DNA of 64,000 nucleotides from Candidatus Falkowbacteria bacterium. GTDB taxonomy: Bacteria > Patescibacteriota > Patescibacteriia > UBA11705. Both the position numbers and the translations under genes were made by a program. Location: positions 1,319-65,318 of the forward strand of contig DOZJ01000005.1 in the NCBI GenBank assembly GCA_003518055.1, written 5' to 3'. This document shows, in pieces, positions 7,837 to 19,400 of the stretch (position 1 is its first letter; every line of letters starts with the position of its first letter). The notes below the pieces were generated by a model. That model saw nothing but the letters and a program-made list of their open reading frames with translations. It ran no database searches and was not told the DNA's origin.

Positions 7837-8934
7837 ATGAATATTGTAACCACCTTGCCGATCACACCGAGACGCGACCCTCCACTTGGGTTATTCCTCC
7901 AGCCTTTTATTTGCGACCTGATCAGTCATTCAAATTTATCATTACAATATATTCAAAGCTTCAATCTAATGGGACGAAAAACCAACATGGATACTGAAAC
8001 CTTTCTGGCAAAAATGAAATATATGGGGATTATCCCGCCTCAAATTTGGTTTGACACCGCTTCAGACAATATTGAAATACTATCAGCCTTGATCAACCAT
8101 TTTATTGCCGAAGATAAAATTATCATAGAAAAAACAGCTGTGGTGAGCTGTTCGTGTGGCCGGGTGGAAACACTGGCTACACCAGACAACATTAAAGCGA
8201 TCAAACAATCAAAATCAAAAGGAAAATTAATTTTTGAACAACACAATGAATTATATTGCAAAATTTGCTGCTCATTGCTTAAAATCAGACTGGATTATGT
8301 CCTGCTGTTTCACACCGGTTTTTATAAACCCGATTATGAAATTAAAATTTCTCCCTCAAATTTTAAAGCCGAATTTAATCAGTTATGGTGCTACTTCAAT
8401 AATAAAAAAATTCTTATTTCACGATCATCGCTGCCGCACCCTTTAATCCCGACCATTGCCGGAGAATTTCGAATCGACGTTGACTTCCTCTGGCAAAATA
8501 TTATTAATATTTTTCATCTCCAGCACAATACCGTAAACATTATTGTCACCAGCCACAAATTAATGCAAAAAATGGTTTTTGCTTTAATTTTCGCCAGAGA
8601 ATTTGGCACGCCGCCGCCTTCAAATGTTATTCTGCTTCCGTATATTCATTTAACCGAGCACCACTCGGAAGTCTATGACTACATGAAACTCGCCCCCTGT
8701 CTTTTACGCGCCTTTCTTCTGTTGGGCTGGAGTCGACAGAAAAAAATATCACTTGAATTCAAACAGCTGAGCCGGTTGAAAATTCCCGACCCGGAATCAC
8801 CGACCAGGAGAAATTCTTCTCTCGGCAACATACCCCGAAATTTCAATCCGTCAGCGCTTTTCAAGCTTTGCGCCAAACACTCAGATAAATACTCCGATGA
8901 AGAATTGCAGATATTATCGCTCCTAAAACCTTAG
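7837..8934 (+). CDS. Degenerate class I aminoacyl-tRNA synthetase (MetRS-like) catalytic-domain paralog
   Basis: Order of elements follows MetRS: TTLP..., MGIIPP, Zn knuckles CSCG and CKIC, ISR, DVDFLW; no HIGH or KMSKS. Confidence 0.6.
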   Translation: MNIVTTLPITPRRDPPLGLFLQPFICDLISHSNLSLQYIQSFNLMGRKTNMDTETFLAKMKYMGIIPPQIWFDTASDNIEILSALINHFIAEDKIIIEKTAVVSCSCGRVETLATPDNIKAIKQSKSKGKLIFEQHNELYCKICCSLLKIRLDYVLLFHTGFYKPDYEIKISPSNFKAEFNQLWCYFNNKKILISRSSLPHPLIPTIAGEFRIDVDFLWQNIINIFHLQHNTVNIIVTSHKLMQKMVFALIFAREFGTPPPSNVILLPYIHLTEHHSEVYDYMKLAPCLLRAFLLLGWSRQKKISLEFKQLSRLKIPDPESPTRRNSSLGNIPRNFNPSALFKLCAKHSDKYSDEELQILSLLKP

Positions 8935-8988
8935 GAGTTTTTTAATTGACAAATATACCAATTATTCATATTATAAAATCAAACGACA

Positions 8989-10773
8989 TTGATTATGACA
9001 ACCAATCATTCAACAATTTTCAAGCGCATTGGCTCCCAAACACAAAACAAAAACATTCTGCTTTATTGTCCCGGCCTGCCTGAATCAAAAAAAGTTTTAA
9101 ACAAATTAAGGATATTTTGTTCAGAGGCTGATTTGGAGCTGCAGATTATGTGCTACCCCGGAACACCCGGAAACAAAGGTCAATTTTTGCAATTCAATCC
9201 GGCCAAAACAATAGATAATTATATTTGCCAAATAAAACACAAAAAAAATCGCGCTGTTTTTGTCCTTGGCGACAGTTTTGGCGCCTCAGTTGCTCTCAAC
9301 ACATCATTGGCTGACAAAATCATCGCCATTTCTCCGGTTATAAACTGGAAATCTCTCTATCAAAAAAATTCCCCGGAAGAAAATTACGCCACTTTTCTCG
9401 CCTATTTAATCACTGTCGGCTACAATATAAATCACAAAAACTGGACAAAACTCAAATCCGACAATCTATTAAACAGCATAAATCAAACCACCCCGACGCT
9501 GATAATGGCCAGCAAAAACGACCCGACTGTGAAAATCGAGCCTCTGTTATCGCTCAAACAACAAAATCACGATACGCGTCTATGCGCTGAAAAGAAACAT
9601 CTATCATTCAGGACATTAAATCAAAAACAAATTATCGCATTAAAAAAATTTTTGTTAACTGATAAAATTCAAAAAAGGACATCTAAAAATAATAAAATTA
9701 TACATCAACTTATCGCCGGACACCACAAAGACTCCATCATTTCATTTGGGTCCCAAGCCGCCGACAACTCGGTGCCGGAATCAGACCTCGATTTATTGAT
9801 CATATCAGATAAACCCGTTATCCAAAATCAACAGAACAGAACAATAGAATTAAAATACTGTAACCAAGATATATTTAAAAAATATTCCCGAGAAACCCTT
9901 AGAGGGGCGGTTAAATTGATCACCTCAAATATTATCCGAAGTAATAACGAAGATACTGTATCAATTTCAAGTCTGAAATCCTACCTGCTAAAACGCCACA
10001 AACCAACCATTCTATTGGCTTTATTGCTGGAACAATATCGCTTCGGCCAAAAAAAATATCCTCAGGGCAGTCCGATTGAGGCCAAGTTCGCCCCGGGTGG
10101 ACGCAGACATCTGGGATTCATGACCGTCGCCAACAACATTATCAACAATCGACCATGTTCAAATTTCTGGGAATCGCTTCATGACCTGCTGACGAAAAAT
10201 ATTATCAACTATCAAGACATATCGAACATAAACATTTTTTTCTATTATCTGCAGACCGCGCCTCGAAGAAGAAACAAAATTATTATAAAAAAACACATAA
10301 CCGCGAACACAAAAATTGTGGCCAAATTTTTTCATAGTTATTTCGCGCCCCGAATAATGCAAGATTTTAGCATAAAAATCAAAATTACAGAAAAACGAAT
10401 ATCAGCGGATACTACACGTCATGAAATTAAAGATATGTTTGACGCCTTATTCACCAGATCAATCAAACACCAAGTAAATCTCTGGCGGCAATATCAAAAT
10501 AACACCAACCATCTCGTGAAGCATATTATTTTTTATTATCTGGCCTGCAATCAACATTTATCCCTGCCAATAGCAAAAAATATTATCAATCTATATATCG
10601 ACTCCCCAATTGATTCAAACATTATTCGTAATATTGTCCAAAACAGCAGCCTCAATTGCCAACCAGAAATAATTGCATCAATAAAACAATCACCTGACAT
10701 CAAGATCCAAAAATATCTTAGAGAATTTAAACGCAATCGTTATATTTTTTCACAAAAAATAATCAGAGGTTAA
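8989..10773 (+). CDS. Alpha/beta-hydrolase fused to a nucleotidyltransferase (GlnD/GlnE-like) domain
   Basis: GDSFG nucleophile elbow with candidate D (SKNDP) and H (KKHLS); FGSQA...SDLDL NTase signature; EAKFAPGGRRHL like GlnD/GlnE K...GG.R. Confidence 0.65.
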   Translation: MIMTTNHSTIFKRIGSQTQNKNILLYCPGLPESKKVLNKLRIFCSEADLELQIMCYPGTPGNKGQFLQFNPAKTIDNYICQIKHKKNRAVFVLGDSFGASVALNTSLADKIIAISPVINWKSLYQKNSPEENYATFLAYLITVGYNINHKNWTKLKSDNLLNSINQTTPTLIMASKNDPTVKIEPLLSLKQQNHDTRLCAEKKHLSFRTLNQKQIIALKKFLLTDKIQKRTSKNNKIIHQLIAGHHKDSIISFGSQAADNSVPESDLDLLIISDKPVIQNQQNRTIELKYCNQDIFKKYSRETLRGAVKLITSNIIRSNNEDTVSISSLKSYLLKRHKPTILLALLLEQYRFGQKKYPQGSPIEAKFAPGGRRHLGFMTVANNIINNRPCSNFWESLHDLLTKNIINYQDISNINIFFYYLQTAPRRRNKIIIKKHITANTKIVAKFFHSYFAPRIMQDFSIKIKITEKRISADTTRHEIKDMFDALFTRSIKHQVNLWRQYQNNTNHLVKHIIFYYLACNQHLSLPIAKNIINLYIDSPIDSNIIRNIVQNSSLNCQPEIIASIKQSPDIKIQKYLREFKRNRYIFSQKIIRG

Positions 10774-10900
10774 AGTGATCCGATCGTAATTTCAAATAAT
10801 ATTTTGATCTTGCCTTGTTGAACATGTGCTTCTCTCATACCCCACCCATTCCTTGTGAAATAATAATTCAATCTAATCATACCAAATAAAGTTCGTCAAT

Positions 10901-11482
10901 ATGTCAAAAATAAATTTCTACTACAATCGCGCTGATGATGTTAAAAATTGGACACGACACCACGAACAACACATCCCGACCTTGTCAAAAAGTCTCCAAT
11001 TCCTGCTAGAACAAAATATAGTGACGTTACAAAAAACCTGGAATTTTTTGGGAAGTAACATAATCCAAGCCCTTGAAAAAACTCTTGAAAAGCCCAACAC
11101 CACCACAAAATATACGTCCGCGCTCACAACCTACCACTCATGCCCCTACGACCCTGCCCACAACTGGTTCATGGTTTCTATCAAGGCCAGCCTGCCATCC
11201 CAAATCACCAATATCGCGCACGAATTACTGCATCTCCAATTTATCCATCACTACGGAGATTATTGCCACAAAATGAAAATAAATGAAAAACAATTTCATA
11301 TATTAAAGGAATCGCTCACCGTAATATTAAACACCTCTCGCTTTCAAAAAATTATCCCCGCGCTTGACAAAGGTTATTCGGAACATCAAAAAATAAGACA
11401 AAAAGTTTTTGGGGCATACAAACCAACAATGAAATTCCAAAAATTTCTCGATCATACAATCAAAATTATAAAAACCAATTAG
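10901..11482 (+). CDS. Hypothetical protein with HExxH motif
   Basis: IAHELLHLQF...KESLT pattern; terminator hairpin at about 11490-11517. Confidence 0.7.
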   Translation: MSKINFYYNRADDVKNWTRHHEQHIPTLSKSLQFLLEQNIVTLQKTWNFLGSNIIQALEKTLEKPNTTTKYTSALTTYHSCPYDPAHNWFMVSIKASLPSQITNIAHELLHLQFIHHYGDYCHKMKINEKQFHILKESLTVILNTSRFQKIIPALDKGYSEHQKIRQKVFGAYKPTMKFQKFLDHTIKIIKTN

Positions 11483-11501
11483 AATAAACAAACAGGGACA
11501 A

Positions 11502-11860
11502 TCAGCCCCTGTTTTTTATTACCTCACTTAACATTTCAATTACACCGGCAAGATTGGCCATGACCTCTCTGTTGGTAAATCTGATGACCCGCAAGCCGAG
11601 ACTTTCCAAATAATTCGTCCATTCCTGATCGTAAAATATATTTTCCGGCAGAAAATGATGCCCGCCGTCGACTTCGATCACCAGCTTCGCGGCCGGGCAA
11701 TAGAAATCAACGATGTAACACCCAAAACCTTTTGTCGATAAAATTGCAACTTGTTGATTTGTTTTCTTCTAATTCTCAACCACAATTTTTTCTCCGGCAA
11801 AGTCATCCCTTTCTGAAGTTCACGCGCGAACGGTTTGAGTTTCTGATTATAATAATTCAT
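11502..11860 (-). pseudogene. Frameshifted DUF559 (Vsr-like) endonuclease
   Basis: MNYYNQKLKPFARELQKGMT...FYRQKVLG, then a -1 shift near 11720 to YIVDFYCPAAKLVIEVDGGHH...LGLRVIRFTN; paralog of 12948-13295. Confidence 0.85.
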
Positions 11861-11874
11861 GATAGTTAATGTCT

Positions 11875-12000
11875 AATCCCCCTTGGGTTCCCCCTTGAAA
11901 CATCAAGGGGGATGTGTGCTTCATCGCAAAGCCAAAACAACCCCGCCGCGAAGCTACCAACCTTCCCCCTTAATTATTAAGGGGGACTGAGGGGGATTTC
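11875..12000. repeat. REP-like palindromes upstream of the DUF559 pseudogene
   Basis: CCCCCTTGA-AACA-TCAAGGGGG and CCCCCTTAAT-T-ATTAAGGGGG-ACTGAGGGGGATTT. Confidence 0.75.
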
Positions 12001-12210
12001 TTCTAGCCGCCAATCCCCATTTTCATCAAATTTTACCCTATTTTCCCCTTAATATTATACAAGATTGTTATCCACAGTCCCTCTTGCTTTCTTATATCCA
12101 CCGACTATTGCTTGACTTTTTTCCCTTTATATGATAAGCTGTAGGTGTAAAGGTAAGGCGTGAATCAGCACACACACACCCGCCAACGGCGGGAGAAACC
12201 GGAGGACCTC

Positions 12211-12852
12211 ATGACCACGCGCCACTCGTTCCTTTCCATTTTCGTTACTCTCGCTCTCCTGCTCTTCGCCTTCGGCTGTGAAGCCGGCGGCGGCGACACC
12301 AACCCGAACCCGGACATCCAGTCCGGCAGCGACACCGGCAATCCGCCGGACGACACCGGCTCTCCGCCCGACGACTCCGGCAACAAGCCCGACTCGCCGG
12401 ACCCGACCGACGTGCCGGATCCGCCGACCTGCGAGGGCGATCTCGTCGAGCTCGAACGCGATGGCGTGACCGAGTGCGTCTCGGCCGACTTCGCCGAGGC
12501 GGTCGAGGCTCTCGATGGTCTCGAGCTGACGCAGACTCAGCCGAACACCAACCCGGAAACCATCACGTTGGAATTCTATCATGTCACTGACTTTGACGAG
12601 GCTGTAATCCAGTGTGAGGGCTTTTCCCGATTCTTCATCCAGGGACTGGCTGGTGCAGTAGATGTGGCTTGTATAGACGAAAGCTTGGCATTGTCCATGT
12701 GTGAGGTGGACACTACCTTCTGTTTCGGCGGGACTCTCACCGGCCAAATCACCTACAGCAAGTCAGCCCAACCAGAAGTGGTGCTGCAAACCGACTTCTG
12801 TGGTGATCTCGGATGCGACAATTTCGTCTACGAATCTGATGTCAACGAGTAG
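12211..12852 (+). CDS. Putative lipoprotein with D/P/G-rich linker
   Basis: GGAGG SD; lipobox-like LFAFGC; promoter TTGACT-N17-TAAGCT at 12112-12140; terminator at about 12868-12896. Confidence 0.75.
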   Translation: MTTRHSFLSIFVTLALLLFAFGCEAGGGDTNPNPDIQSGSDTGNPPDDTGSPPDDSGNKPDSPDPTDVPDPPTCEGDLVELERDGVTECVSADFAEAVEALDGLELTQTQPNTNPETITLEFYHVTDFDEAVIQCEGFSRFFIQGLAGAVDVACIDESLALSMCEVDTTFCFGGTLTGQITYSKSAQPEVVLQTDFCGDLGCDNFVYESDVNE

Positions 12853-12947
12853 CGAACTTTTTCTTCTGCCGCGATCAAACCATCGCGGTTTTTTTGTCGT
12901 GCGAATAATCTAAATATTCAAAAAAGCAGCATAGAGCCGCTTTTTTG

Positions 12948-13295
12948 TTATAAATATTTCATTATTTCCAATACAACCCCTTCGATATTAGTCAATACAT
13001 CACGATTGGTAAACCTTATTACCCGCAGCCCCAGTGTTTCCAAATAGGCTGTGCGCTCCTCGTCATAAAACTGATTCTCCGGTTCAAAGTGCTGGCTGCC
13101 GTCAACTTCGATTACTAAACTAGCCGCGGGACAATAAAAATCTACGATATAGTTACCTAAAATTTTTTGGCGATAAAAGTGGAAACCATTCAGCTGTTTG
13201 CGTCTAATTTTTGACCACAACAGTCTCTCGGTACCGGTCATTTCACGCCGCAGTTCCCGCGCGCGATATTTTAACTCTATATTATATTCTTTCAT
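12948..13295 (-). CDS. DUF559 family endonuclease
   Basis: ARELRREMT.TE..LW...FYRQ...YIVDFYC...LVIEVDGSQH...D..R..YL...G.RVIRFTN. Confidence 0.92.
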   Translation of the reverse strand: MKEYNIELKYRARELRREMTGTERLLWSKIRRKQLNGFHFYRQKILGNYIVDFYCPAASLVIEVDGSQHFEPENQFYDEERTAYLETLGLRVIRFTNRDVLTNIEGVVLEIMKYL

Positions 13296-13307
13296 ATGCG
13301 CGGGGCA

Positions 13308-13420
13308 AATCCCCCTATATCCCCCTTTGAAAAAGGGGGAATGAACGAGGGATCACACCCAACGTCACTAAGTTCCCAATCTTCCCTCCTTAGAATAAGG
13401 AGGGACCGAGGGAGGATTTC
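13308..13420. repeat. REP-like palindromes upstream of DUF559
   Basis: CCCCCTTT-GAA-AAAGGGGG and CCCTCCTTA-GAA-TAAGGAGGG-ACCGAGGGAGGATTT; same architecture as 11875-12000. Confidence 0.75.
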
Positions 13421-16400
13421 TCACGGCTTCAACAATATCCTCCCATCAAAATATGTCCACGGATCAATGCCAGATACGCTATTTGTAGAACATGCATCAA
13501 AACCCCTTTCACCAACGTCATAACACCCCGCAAACCCATTTCCAAAACCTCGACAACCATCAACGGTCGATGACGGATCAGCATTACACCACCCCCAATT
13601 ATCTTTGACTTGGACGCGCGGGACAAACTGACAGGCCTGCTCGGCGGCGTTCCAGCAGTCGCTGTCGCGCTCACCGGCACAGAGATTGGCCGTCGCGTTG
13701 CCGCCGCCTTTCAAGTTCGGATCAGTCGGACCTTCACACGTCAACACAGTTTCATATTTGAAGAACTCCTGCTCAACGCAAGCGGTCGGGGAATCGCCAA
13801 ATCGCAGCTGAACCGAGTTTGGGTCGGGTATGGCGTTGCAGGTCAAATTGCCGTAGCAGTCATTGGCGCTCAAACAAGCATAGCCCTCAATTTTTTCACC
13901 CGCCAGCGTCTGACAGAGCCCCAACGCGATTGGCGACTCTTTCAATTGACACAGCGGCTTATGATTTTTGTAATGCCCCTCCGGAGCCGGCAGAGCCCCC
14001 TCGCCATCTCTCCAATCCACCGTCACTTTGCGAATCGGCATCTGATCATCATCAGCCCATGCGAAAAACTGCATCAAGGTTGTTGACTCGCCGCCAAAAA
14101 GCACGAGGTCATCAGACGCCCGGCCATTGATCGATACGGTCTTCGGTACAGCCAAATAAATCGGTTTGCCAGTCACCGGATCGCTTTCGATTTTTTCCGG
14201 CGCAGGCAGCACCACTCCGGCCACCACCGGCGGGAAACTCACCAAATCAGCTGATCTGTCGCGCTCATATCTGCTTTCTTTATCATAAATATAATTATCA
14301 TCCACCCGCCAGCCGGAGTAAACCGCCGCGAATATATCTTCCAGTTTGGAATAGGTTATGGGACTGGTTGCGCTTGTGGTTGAATACCCATAAAAACCAT
14401 CTTGAACATGCGAACACTGGCCATTCGGACAACCCCAAATCGTACCGCCATTTACTTCCCCGCCCATATCCGAGAACGGACTGCCTCCCTGACGATTGGA
14501 TTCACCCGCTGCCACTAAAATCGGCGCGTGTGATTCCACATCCTCCGCAGAGCCAAAAGCGCTTCCCATCGGAGAATTTACCGAGTTAAACACAATACTG
14601 AATGCCCCATGTGGAGCTGTAAGTAGATTTAATTTTTCTCCGGTCCAATCAGGGTTCAAAGAATAATGATACAACCGATTCGTCCTCGCTTTGTTATCCA
14701 AATTCCCGGCGACATTTTCAGCCACCGACACCACCTCGGCGCAATATTCGTTCAACAAGAAATGTACTCTTAATGTCTGATAACCATAATTAGAACTCTC
14801 ATCACAGAGCCCCACCCAAACCCCTTTGTAGATACCATTCTCATCGAACACCACTCTAATACCAAAATAATTGTCATCTGTCCCTTGGTTGCAATATCCA
14901 CCCAAAGTCCTGCCGACCGGAGCATTTCCGGCGCCGGAAACGCACCAGCCATTCAAATCCGCATCTTCACCATCAACCTGACAACCCCAACCGCTATTAA
15001 AGTTACACACTGTTTGTTCGTTGTCTTCTGTACAACTTCTATTTGAACAATAATATTTATTCCCAACCGGGACACAGACACCTCCACCCTGCCCCTGACA
15101 AACGTGGTCCCCGTCATCGGTTGTGACACATTCTTTTTCCGTAAACCCTCCCGGATTCAAATTTGCCGGAGCGACATAAAATCCATGTGTCGGATGATAT
15201 GACATACTTCCGGTTGTCTGCGAGGTGGTTAATTGAGTTCCTGTAAGAATATTATAAGTTCCTCCAGCATATGGGAAGTATCCCTTGCCGGCAAACATAT
15301 AATTTTTTTCACTCACGCCTTTTTCAACCTCAGTTCCCGGCCCCCAGTTAAAGCTGGTGCTCGGAGTCTGCTCCCAGACCGCTTGCCAATATGTCCATCC
15401 GCTGACGCCATAATCAGCATCGAGTGGCTGTCCGCTGGCCAAACATTTAGTTCCGTTGCAAGTGGCCAAACCTTGCCATTGTGACGACAGCTGCCTAGGA
15501 ATAATTAAAGATTCCGGAACAAAAGAACTGATCGTGTCATACAACGCTGGTGGAACAAACTTATTTTTATTTTCAAAACCATCACCGGGATCGCTCTCAC
15601 CATTCCAATCCGCTACCGACTCACACCAATCACCTGCCTGACCACCGGTACATTCAATCGCAATCCCCGCGACCTGACTCTCATGTATTACCGGGATATC
15701 AGCTGCCGGCTCTCTGAAGTACTCCATATACTCATCATACCCGGAATACCCGGTTGTAAAAGTCATCTCATCAGACGTCACCATGTATGTAACAGTATTA
15801 GCATCCGGCTCGGCCACGCCTAAATTTCCAAGACCGGCCGCATTTATGCAGTACAACCGCCCGACATCTTCGCCACCTTGAGTAAATAATTCATAGCCGG
15901 CATCTTTAAATTGATTATACATATCCTGCAGACCATTCATCGTATCGAGAGGATACCAAGTCAAACAGGCTTTTTCCGATTGCGAGCCGTTTATCGAGAC
16001 CGTATTATCGAATTCCATACAATATCCCTGCCAGCCTTTGTATTGCGTTTGGTCAACATCTTTTCTCATGCACATTCCCATATCCTGACTACCATCAACA
16101 ACACAATCCAGCGAGCTGCAAAAAGTCGCAGTTTTAATGTTAACGCCATCCGGCCCGGCCGCCGAACATTCACACTCCTTACTCTGATCATCCTGACAAA
16201 AACCATCCAGATAGCTTGACACGGAAATATCAAAATATTTTTCCACCGCCCGATTTCCATAGGTGACTTTTTTGTAATTACACGCACAGTCTTCGTCGTC
16301 ATTATAAAGAGTTTGTTTTACCCCGTTTTTATCATAATAGAAAGACGTACACGCCGTCGCGTTTTCAAACACTCCCTTAGCCGCATCAGCCGTTTTGGTT

Positions 16401-19400
16401 AGGCTCGGAAATGGAGAATTAACCTGAGGATAAGCGCGGCAATCAGCTGTCGGTGAAACCCAGTCATCATCCTCAAAATTATTCACCAACGGCTCAACGC
16501 ACTCACCGCCGGCGCAGAGGTCACCATCGTCACCACAATCCGTGTCCACGACACAGTCAAAAGGCACCCCTCCCGCTTCCGGTCGATATTTATGCACCAA
16601 CCGATAATCCTTGTCATCGGATTCTCTAGCCACATCAAACGAATCATAATACTGAATCGGATACTTGTCCGCCACCGAATAACCGCTGTAATCAAAAGCA
16701 TTCCAGCCTTTATCCCGAGACTGATATCCTGACCGCATGATATTATTATTAGCCAACAACGACTCGCTCGTTCCGCTGACAAAGTTGCTGCACTCGCCGG
16801 CCGTCTCACCCTCACCGACCTGGTCACAGAGCCCTAAATCCTGACAAACAAACACCTCTCGATTTTGTACCGGATCAAACGTGTACTGACCGCTCTTACA
16901 GTCATACCACTCAGCGCACTCCCGATCTCGATCCACCTTGATTATTCGATTGGTGTTGTTGAACAACGGACTTTTCTTGAGCGTATAACAAGCGACAAAT
17001 TCTTCATCAGCGCAACCATTAGCTCGAGCTGCTTCGTGCTCCGCGGTTAATGGATACCCGTTGGCAATCGTCTTTTCCGTCGCCCAAGCCGCCAGCGCGC
17101 ACATAAACTGCTCATTAAATGACTTACTCGAGACAAAACATTCTTGATTCAAATATGCCTGACATTCCGGATTGACTAAACCGTGGCAGACCGTCGCGTC
17201 ATCATAAAAGAGATCGAGTAATGCCTGAACATTCGGCAGGCCAGCCTGCGGATTCTTCAATTTACCGCCATCATCATTACTGGCTTTATACGTCATCCCG
17301 GCACTGGAACTGACCGAAATATTACCTGATTCATCTTTAATCGATGTATCAAGGAACAACAAACAGCCCTCTTTCTCGCTGACACCGGAGCAGCCTGATA
17401 ATTTTTCATCATTGATATAATAATACGCCTCGCCCACCGCTGATCCGCCTGACACATCCATCGGATCAATAAACGCGGTGCAGCCGCTGGCTTTCGGTTT
17501 GCACTCACCCACCCAGCCGGTAACTTGTTTTATAATTCCATCAGCGTCTCGATAAGGGATAGAATAATCAGGATCGTTTGAATGGATCAAATGTTTAACG
17601 CCGTCATTATAATAATCTTTCGTCGCTCGAATACCGCCAAAAAACATCCCTTCTCTTTCAATTGTCACTCCACATGGTTGATCGGTTCCTGTCTTATACC
17701 AGCCTTCAATTTTTGATCCGTCAGGGTTGCCAACCACCTTGTACTCACAAGTCCGATCGCCGGGATCTTTGAAATAATACGTCTGGCCGCCCTCATCCTC
17801 ATAAGATTGACATCGGCTGTCACCACCGCGGCAGAGGAATTTATCCAGCTGATTCGGATCAATCACATAATAAGCAGTATCCCATTCTGGATCGCCGTTC
17901 ACGCTGGCCACATTATAATTTTGATCCAACTTTGGCCGGCCAAGCATCATACAGCCAAGCGTATTTTCCTGACACGTCTTTTTTTCATCAAACACTACAA
18001 ACATCACATTATCCGCCGGTATCGTATATTGATCTCCATTTTTATAACACTTTCCCTCTTGATAAACATGCCCCAAAGCTTGACAGTATCCCTTGGTCGC
18101 CACATCATATTGGCACTGTTTTAACATCGTATCGTCAACATAATGAAATGGAAGATCCAAGTTATCCAATCCTGACCAAGTCCCCAAATCAATGCCAAAC
18201 GTATTGGCCAAGGCCACCAAGCGGACCCTTCCTAAAAATGTTAAATTTGTTTTATCAAAAGTATTAAGAAAATCTTGAAAATTAGTAGACGAAGTTAAAT
18301 TCCCCGATAAATCATAAAACCGAATAGCCAAATCATCAGCGCACGAGTCATATTCAGTTTGAGTGATACCGCTTGACGCCGCACATACCCCCAACGGACA
18401 TAATGCCGGCGCTAAATTCTGTTGACATTGATCGTCCGGGTCCAAAATTTCAGCCCCCACCGCCTCAGCGCACACATCAATTTCCGTCGCGTTAAACGCC
18501 AGCTCAAAAGGCGTTGTCGAATTTTGGGTGTCAATCACCGCTTCACAACCAACCGCCTCAAACCGACATAAACTACGAAATCCTTTCAAGTACTCAAGTG
18601 TTTCAGTACCGGTGGCGTATTCTCGACAACCAATTTGCGCCTGCGGCAGATATTGACCGGCCATCGTCTGGTCGCAAACTGCCGGCGTGCTCCAAGAATT
18701 TTTAATTAAATATTTGACATCATTCAGTCGCTTAATATTAATCGAATCAAAATATACCGTTGCCCCAGAGGTTCGAATAAACAAAGACTGAACTACATTT
18801 TCCAAACGCATTAAATCAGAAGTATAATGATAAAACTCAACCCCTCCCGCCGCCGCTTGATTGATATTCACATTTGATGTTGAATGCGTAAAACCTTCTT
18901 GACCGAATATTAATTCAACCGAGGCTGTTGCTTGATCTGCTTTGGCCCAAAAATCAATAATAAATTCTTCGTCGGCCGCCAAACTATTTGGCAAATCCAA
19001 AGTTACTCCATTATTTGCACCCTGATTAACTTGCAATGATTTCCCACCATTTATCATCGAGGCGGTGGAAAAAGTCACAGCACCATTAGCCGTCCAATTA
19101 TACGTTTCACCATCAAACGAATCGGAGAATATCACCTCTTGGTCATTGGCATTGTCACCACGGAATTCACGGCAGCCAGACGCATCATCGGAACATTTTC
19201 GACTCAAATCCGGCTCCACCATAAACACACACTCGCCGGCTACAACCGCGCCGCCCCGATCAGTGCACTGCGTGGCGGCCGTAGCGCCCTCATATTTAAT
19301 AGTCTTACGGTATGGAAAACAATTATCAGAGCACAAAACCAAATTATCCATTATTTCATAGAATACCGAACCGCCCTCACTGATAAATTCACGGCATTCA

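Noticed and set aside
10771-10872. YafQ/RelE-like remnant (FHKEWVGMREAHVQ) on the minus strand
   Set aside because: About 30 codons with no credible start; the similarity is too weak to call.
12068-12076. DnaA box suggesting oriC
   Set aside because: Isolated box with no cluster, unwinding element or dnaA/dnaN nearby.
12127-12747. 206-aa minus-strand ORF
   Set aside because: Shadow of the GC-rich lipoprotein gene, which has the SD, promoter, lipobox and terminator.
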